Source: the human T2T-CHM13v2.0 reference genome, Homo sapiens
NCBI RefSeq assembly: GCF_009914755.1
Contig: NC_060937.1
Reading direction: 5' to 3' (one strand)
Length of the DNA: 64,000 nt
Shown here: positions 57,651-64,000 of the stretch, one piece after another
Layout: each line of letters opens with the position of its first letter
How positions within the stretch are numbered: the stretch's first letter is position 1
The notes under the pieces: model-generated
The model's database searches: none
Told to the model about the DNA's origin: nothing
The model's input: the letters and a program-made list of their open reading frames with translations, nothing else
Program-made: the position numbers and the translations under genes

Positions 57651-60299
57651 CCTCTGTGGCTTGGCCATAGCTATTTTTCCAAGACCAAGGTCACTTCATT
57701 TGGTTGCTTAGGAAATGCCCTGCATAAAGGTGCCTAGCTTTGGATATTGGCTAGGCTGAAATCAGCCCAAGGTTTACTGGCTGGATTCATCAGGCCTTGG
57801 GCGTGTCAGAGTCATCAGGGAGGAATAACTTAAACTGGAATGTCCAGTGGGGACACTGTCCCAGGCTTTTTGGAGGGGTGCCTTTTCAGCACATGCAAAG
57901 ATGCCATATGTGCTGGCTGTGAGCCTGGCTGGGTTTTTCACATGTATTCCTACCTTGGGATCATAGTCCTTGCTGTCTTATCCAGCTCTCCTATAAAATC
58001 AGCCTGGGGTATGATCAGGGCTTAAGAGGGAGGAGTTTAGAAATCCCAAAGTTAGTTTATAACTTTTCAGCTAAGTCATGAGGGAAAAATGCGATTTTCA
58101 TTGGAAATTGCCTCTGTCCCATTCAGGTAGAACTCAATATCTAGGCTTGAGATTATGTACTTTTATAAAGAAACTTCAGAGTTCATTGAAAATGTTATCA
58201 GCTACCTACTTGCTACTGATAAAAAAAAAAAGACTATAATATTTACTAAGCAGGTAAAGTATCAGGCTACAAACTGTAAGCTTTCCTATTGCTGATATTT
58301 GATGTTTCTGGTGAAACTCAATTCAGTGCCTGAGATGATACCTGGGAAGTCTGTAAAACTTCAAAGATCTATAAACGAGTCAACTTAACTACCCCAAATA
58401 TCCCAGTGTGCCATTTGTACTTCAGCTTTCCCACATGTTTACTGAGAACGAAAACTCAAACCACACACAGGGGTTTGAAGCAAAGTGGGTCTATTAGTTG
58501 GGGAATTCTGAGCTTCTAAAAGAGATGTAGAGTGATTGAGTTCCGGATTACATAGGAGAGGTTGTTAGCCTTGTGAGAGTGTCCTTTGTTCAGGTCCAGG
58601 TAATAGGAACTAGAGTGCTCCTTAGGATAGGAAGGGATTTAACAAGTGTTATTTACACAGTGAATACAATGATGGGCCCAACTGGTTTGCAGGTCAAGGA
58701 AAGTCAGGGAACTGGGCAGCTCACTGGGCTACGCTGTATCTGCATCACACTGCTAAACCTATCACCTATTGCAGGAGTGGAAAATGCTATGGACACATGA
58801 GTTACGATTGCTGTGAAAACCATAGCTTTGCATTTATTGACTTCGTTGTGTTTAAAGTTTTAGTGTTGTGTCAGCATGTTTGAGGAAGGTGTGCAGGGTA
58901 GAATATATGTCTCACTTTCAGATGAAGGTCAGTCTAACTTAACACATTCTTTCCCCCTTAATAGAAAGTTACAGAAAACTGTCAGACTTCAACTCTGGTT
59001 CAATAGCTCCAGTTCCATTGGCCCGACTTAGAAAATATCAGTCTGGGTCCAACTCACAAAATTTAGACCCAGAAGGAAAAATAAATTCCTTGTGAGGTCA
59101 TCCCTCCAGTCTGAACACTATCTGGTAGACTCCTTGAGCCACTAAAATGGCAAAGATCTTGGCCGTCTGCCCAGATATTGGAGAGGATGGAAGAGTTAAG
59201 CAAAGGAGCCAGGAGTTGTGGCGCAGGAGAGCACTGAGCCTGAGCAGGGAAACAGAGCGACTCAAGGCTGTGCGGACTGAGTGGCTGCTTGTGGTGGAGC
59301 AGAGAAGAGCAGACTCCATGTGTGTGCTTGGGGTGGGGAATTGGGGATACCTGAAAACCAGAGAAAAAGAAGATGCTTACTCATTACTTTACAAGTGTGG
59401 AGTCACAAAGAGTTTCAGAAAATGCAAGAACATCACTGTCTGCCTTTTCTTGTTTTCAAAAGTCCAACAGAAATTTAAAGGTATAGAAAAAGTAGGGGCA
59501 GAGCTTTGATGTTTGTGAGCTCTATTTGGTAAGTAGATTGGGTGTGAGTGTGCATCTGTGCTTCTGGCCGTGCTCCTCAGTACTCAACACCTCCTCGGTC
59601 TGCATTCACAGCCAGCAGCCTGTTACTGACCTTTATAAAAATCAGCCTGAGATGGTGCATTTCAGCAGTGCAGCTCATAAGCAGCAAGCTGAGGAGATAC
59701 TTCTTTCTGTAGGGTTGTGTTTTCAAGCCAACTGGTTATCTGAATGAAGTTGAGAGGACCAGCAACCCCTGAGTCCTAACACTGTGTGTCTCAAATTTGT
59801 TTTCCAACAGTTTTTTTTTTTTCAGGCATTTGGGAATATTGAGAAAATATCATAATGTTTATTTTATTTTATTTTAAAAATGTTTCTAAAAAGCAATGTG
59901 GTACCTTTGTATTTCTCTCTGGATAAAATCATGTGAAATTATTTTTTATTGCTGGACAGACTGCATTGTTAACCCTTATCGTGTGCAGTGTGTGTCAGTA
60001 ATGCATTACAGACAGCACACACTTATTGGACTCTGTAGCCTCTTAAAATACGGGTAAAAGCTGCTCTAAGCATCAAAATATCTCTGTTCTCCCAAGAGCA
60101 GTAGATATTGAGTTACTGATTGTTAGTTTGATGGATATGGTTTAAACACTTACTTTAAATAAAAGTACACATAAAACAGACCCCATTTTTGAAACACCTT
60201 TGATCTATAAGAGGTATGAAACAAGAATAGATTTTACTGAGGACTAACATATTCTCCATCAACCTGGTTGGCTTTTTACATATTTTTATAAAAGATAAA

Positions 60300-60635
60300 T
60301 ATTTTGCACATCCCTTGAGATGGAGAGAAAGTTCTAGAAAGGTGTTACAGTGCAGGTTTTCTTTTTTTAAAAGCTGTTTTTGGTTTGCCAGAATCTTCTA
60401 CTTCTGCAGAATTTCCCTCCAGCCTATTTCAGCTGAAGACCTGATGGCAGCTGACGTCCATGGGAGAACATTCACAAGCCCATGCGTTCAGGTCCTCTGG
60501 GCACTTTCCTTATGAGGATAACATCTTTGTTGGTTTAAGTTACTTTTGCATGTTACAGGAGCCTGATATATAGAAGGTTGCCTGACTTTATATTTCAAAT
60601 TTTTCTTTGCTGAGAACACACATAAAAATCCATAT
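60300..60635 (-). pseudogene. FN3-like exon remnant (E-F then A-B)
   Basis: ttttccatcttcaaag|; I*NIKSGNLLYIRLL ... VPRGPERMGL*...PSGLQLK*. Confidence 0.35.
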
Positions 60636-62296
60636 CTTTGAAGATGGAAAAAAGAATAATCTGCACATCTGCATAATGTCCTGGATGTATTCCTGACAGT
60701 AAAAACATTTCTCTGCCCATAGTTGGTGGGGAGAATTAGGCTGATAGTTGTTTTATTTATTCAGCATTCAGAATTTACAAGCATACTTAAAAATTATATG
60801 AACCTAAAAGTTTTACATATACCAAGCTAAAGTCATATGTATAATGCTAAAACCATTTAGATATTCATATTCATATCTGTATGAATCCAAAAAAGATGGT
60901 CTTTTGTTACTACAAATGCCTTGATTGGTCATTTGGGAGACAAGTCAGGCTCCAGGGCTGTCCCCAAAGACAGAGAGAGGACGTGGCAGCCTCCTAGAGA
61001 GCTGAAGCAAGAGTTTGAAGAAGTAAGCACATTTCTAGGAATAATGGATCTAATATGCAAATATGTGAGTAGTTTACATTGTCCATTGTCCTGATGTAAA
61101 TTTTTTTTATATCTTCAAACCTTTAATAACTTTGGCTTTTTAAATGATAGGAATCATATAAAAGGGGCCCAGCTCATGCAGACTTATAACCCAAGGTGTG
61201 AGGAAAATATATTTTTTAATCAAACCAGTAGACAAGCATCATCTTGTGGATCGTGATTTTGTTTAGTCACTTTAATGTATATAGACAGGTTGCCATGTGC
61301 AGGAGAAAAAGGACTGCCTTCCATGAAAATTCATTTTTCTACAAGAGTTCTTAAATTCATGAATGTAGTCACATTGACCTTTCTCTGGGGGTCCATATAA
61401 CATGGTTAGGCATCTGTGTTAAATTAGATTTGAAAATTTTCTGCTACTATAACAGGTTTTAAAATATAGGACACTAGCATTTTTTTATTTCAAGCTGATT
61501 TCATATATCAGTTCAGGCTTTTTATTACTATGATATTTCACTCAGTTGGTTTTTTTAAATCCCTTCTGTGCAGTTAGATTTAATTGTTTTCATTAAATGT
61601 GCTAAAATAATATTTTAAATAGCTTTATAAAATTGGCCATAAAATGAGTTCTTGTTGGGGGAAAATATGCCATATACACATATAAATAGAGGAAAAAATT
61701 AGACTTGCAACATACTGGGTCTATGAAGTCTGCGTAAATGTAATGGAGTAACATTTGCTTATTTTCAATAAATTATGTTAGATTTACTGATTTCTGCAGT
61801 ATTATGGGAAGGTCGCATTGCAGATATTAAATCATGGTTCTATACAGAAGTCCTAATGAATGAGTTTTTAGATGGATGCTAGATTAATGAGATTTCTAAT
61901 CTGTGTTACTGGGCAAGTTTTTCAAAAACAGATACAAAATCAATTACATAAATTGAACTACTGAATTAAATTGATCGCTTGGATGGTTGTTCAAGCAAAT
62001 ACAAACAAAAGAAAATGTTTGAATCATTAAATAATGGAATTTACATAGGGCTCATGGTGAATAATTCAGACATTGTGCCCAGATTTGCAACTGTATTTTG
62101 AGTGGTGCTCATTAGGTACGGAATCGTATTTTGTTGATCTAATTGCCTACCTCTTGAGTTGATCACGGTCCTTTGCAGCTTCTTTATGCGGCTGCACATT
62201 GTAATGGCTGGGGGAGTACGCACGACTGGACACCCTGACTTCCCTGCTCCGAGGGAGTACTTGGTCAGTGGATTTTCCTTAAAGCTCCCCAGGAGA

Positions 62297-62660
<364 letters not shown>

Positions 62661-63574
62661 TTACATTTTTATTAAAACAAGAAAAAAAGCAAAGCTTGTT
62701 TCTCCAATTCAGCACTCAACTGGGGACAGTACCTAGTATAGAGTGTGGCCCACCACAAGCCTCAGGAAGTGTTGCCTAAACGAGCTACTGTGTTGTCTTC
62801 TAAGATGACTACACTGCCCTCTAAGCAACACCGCTTCTAACAAGACAGTCCAGAAATTAAGCTGAGCTGCTGACAAGTAGAATCAGCCTTAACTCAACAA
62901 AATATGAGGACAGGAAATTTTCTCAATGGTCCTAACTAGTGTGACCTCAGGAGGAGGTGAAGAAAGGGGCTCTAAGCTCAGCACTTGAAGGCATGAGGTA
63001 CAGAAGATTCTAGAATGGCATCATCATCCTGACACCCAGGCATCAGGAAGGACACAGAGAGGACCAGGGAGGTGTATGTTTTCTAATGGTGTGTTGTTCA
63101 GAGGAGGAAATGGCCACCCAAGCCCCATGGAACTGTATCCAGGCTTAAAGGAACCGAGGCCGCACCACCCAAAGACATAATGACTGCCCAAGAACACCTC
63201 AGACAGATAAGAAACTTATCTGTCTGTGTTTGTTTCGCTTCTAACCCAAACAAGTTTAGGTGAGAACATTACCAAAGTTTAGGTGTCCCATAAACCAAGT
63301 TAGGTGAGTCAAAATTTATCCAAGATTACAAACTTTGTAATAGGTAGTAGTTTTGTCTTTGATACTCCCATGCTTTTGAGTCTGACAGAATATTTGATTT
63401 GAGATAGTCCAATATTGTCACTACTAAACCAGGGCATTGGTAGAAGATTTGTTTCCTCTAGGCTTTGATCAGCATTAGGAGTGATGATAAGATGGCAAGC
63501 ATTTAGTGTGAATTTGCTTAGGCACAGGTACTATACTAAGTGTTATCCAGGCTTATGTTATGTAATTTTCCCAA

Positions 63575-64000
63575 TAGACTTGAACCAGGATTCTGTGTTG
63601 CAAGTGACAGAAAACCAATCCATACTGGCTTAAACAAAAACAGAAAATGTGCTGGCTCCTATAACAGAATCTAGGTCCAGTGGCAGTTCCAGCTTCAGCT
63701 GCAGCGCAGATGAAATTGCTGTGACCTGGCTTCTCTCCTGCTCTCGGCCTTGCTTCTCCTGCAGTGGCTCTGTTCCCTTGAGGCAGCTTTTCCAGGGCAA
63801 AACCTGACTCACCCCAAGCTTCGTGTCCAATGAGGAAGAGAAAACATCTTTGTTGTCAGCAGCAACAGAATGCATGAGATTCAACTTGGTCATTTGCTCA
63901 CTCCTGAGCCTATTGCTTTGAGCAAGGGACCACAGTGAATGGATTGACTTCGACTTGGGGAACTGCAGCTACAGGTAGAAATAAGCATGAACAAGAGGAA
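63575..64000 (-). mobile_element. MLT1J/K-like MaLR LTR (runs off the window)
   Basis: caggattctgtgttgcaagtgacagaaaacc...ctggcttaaacaaaaa...tgctggctcctataacaga. Confidence 0.65.

Noticed and set aside
63245-63330. CRISPR-like repeat-spacer appearance
   Set aside because: Eukaryotic context, cores of only ~12 bp, very short spacers and no cas genes; kept only as a degenerate tandem array.

Overview
This is AT-rich, CpG-depleted primate (probably human) genomic DNA. About half of it is transposon-derived: AluY/S/J, L1 from L1PA2/3 to old L1M, L2, MIR, L3/CR1, MaLR and ERVL solo LTRs, and MER5. I found no intact protein-coding gene, CpG island or RNA gene; the only recognisable ORFs in the track are Alu or L1 derived. 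The main observation comes from translating the unique, non-repeat islands on the minus strand by hand. About 18 segments between ~5.8 and ~62 kb, most with a canonical AG and many also with a GT, read as decayed fibronectin type III (FN3) strands (xSxxLxW, Y/F-x-V/I, W, L-x-P-x-x-x-Y-x-F/V-x-V/I-x-A). They are largely in collinear order, and several are exact multiples of 3. I infer a heavily decayed, unprocessed (unitary-type) pseudogene of a large multi-FN3 protein. This is by-eye pattern matching with stops and frameshifts allowed, so it needs HMM and cross-species confirmation. Repeat subfamilies and most repeat boundaries are approximate.
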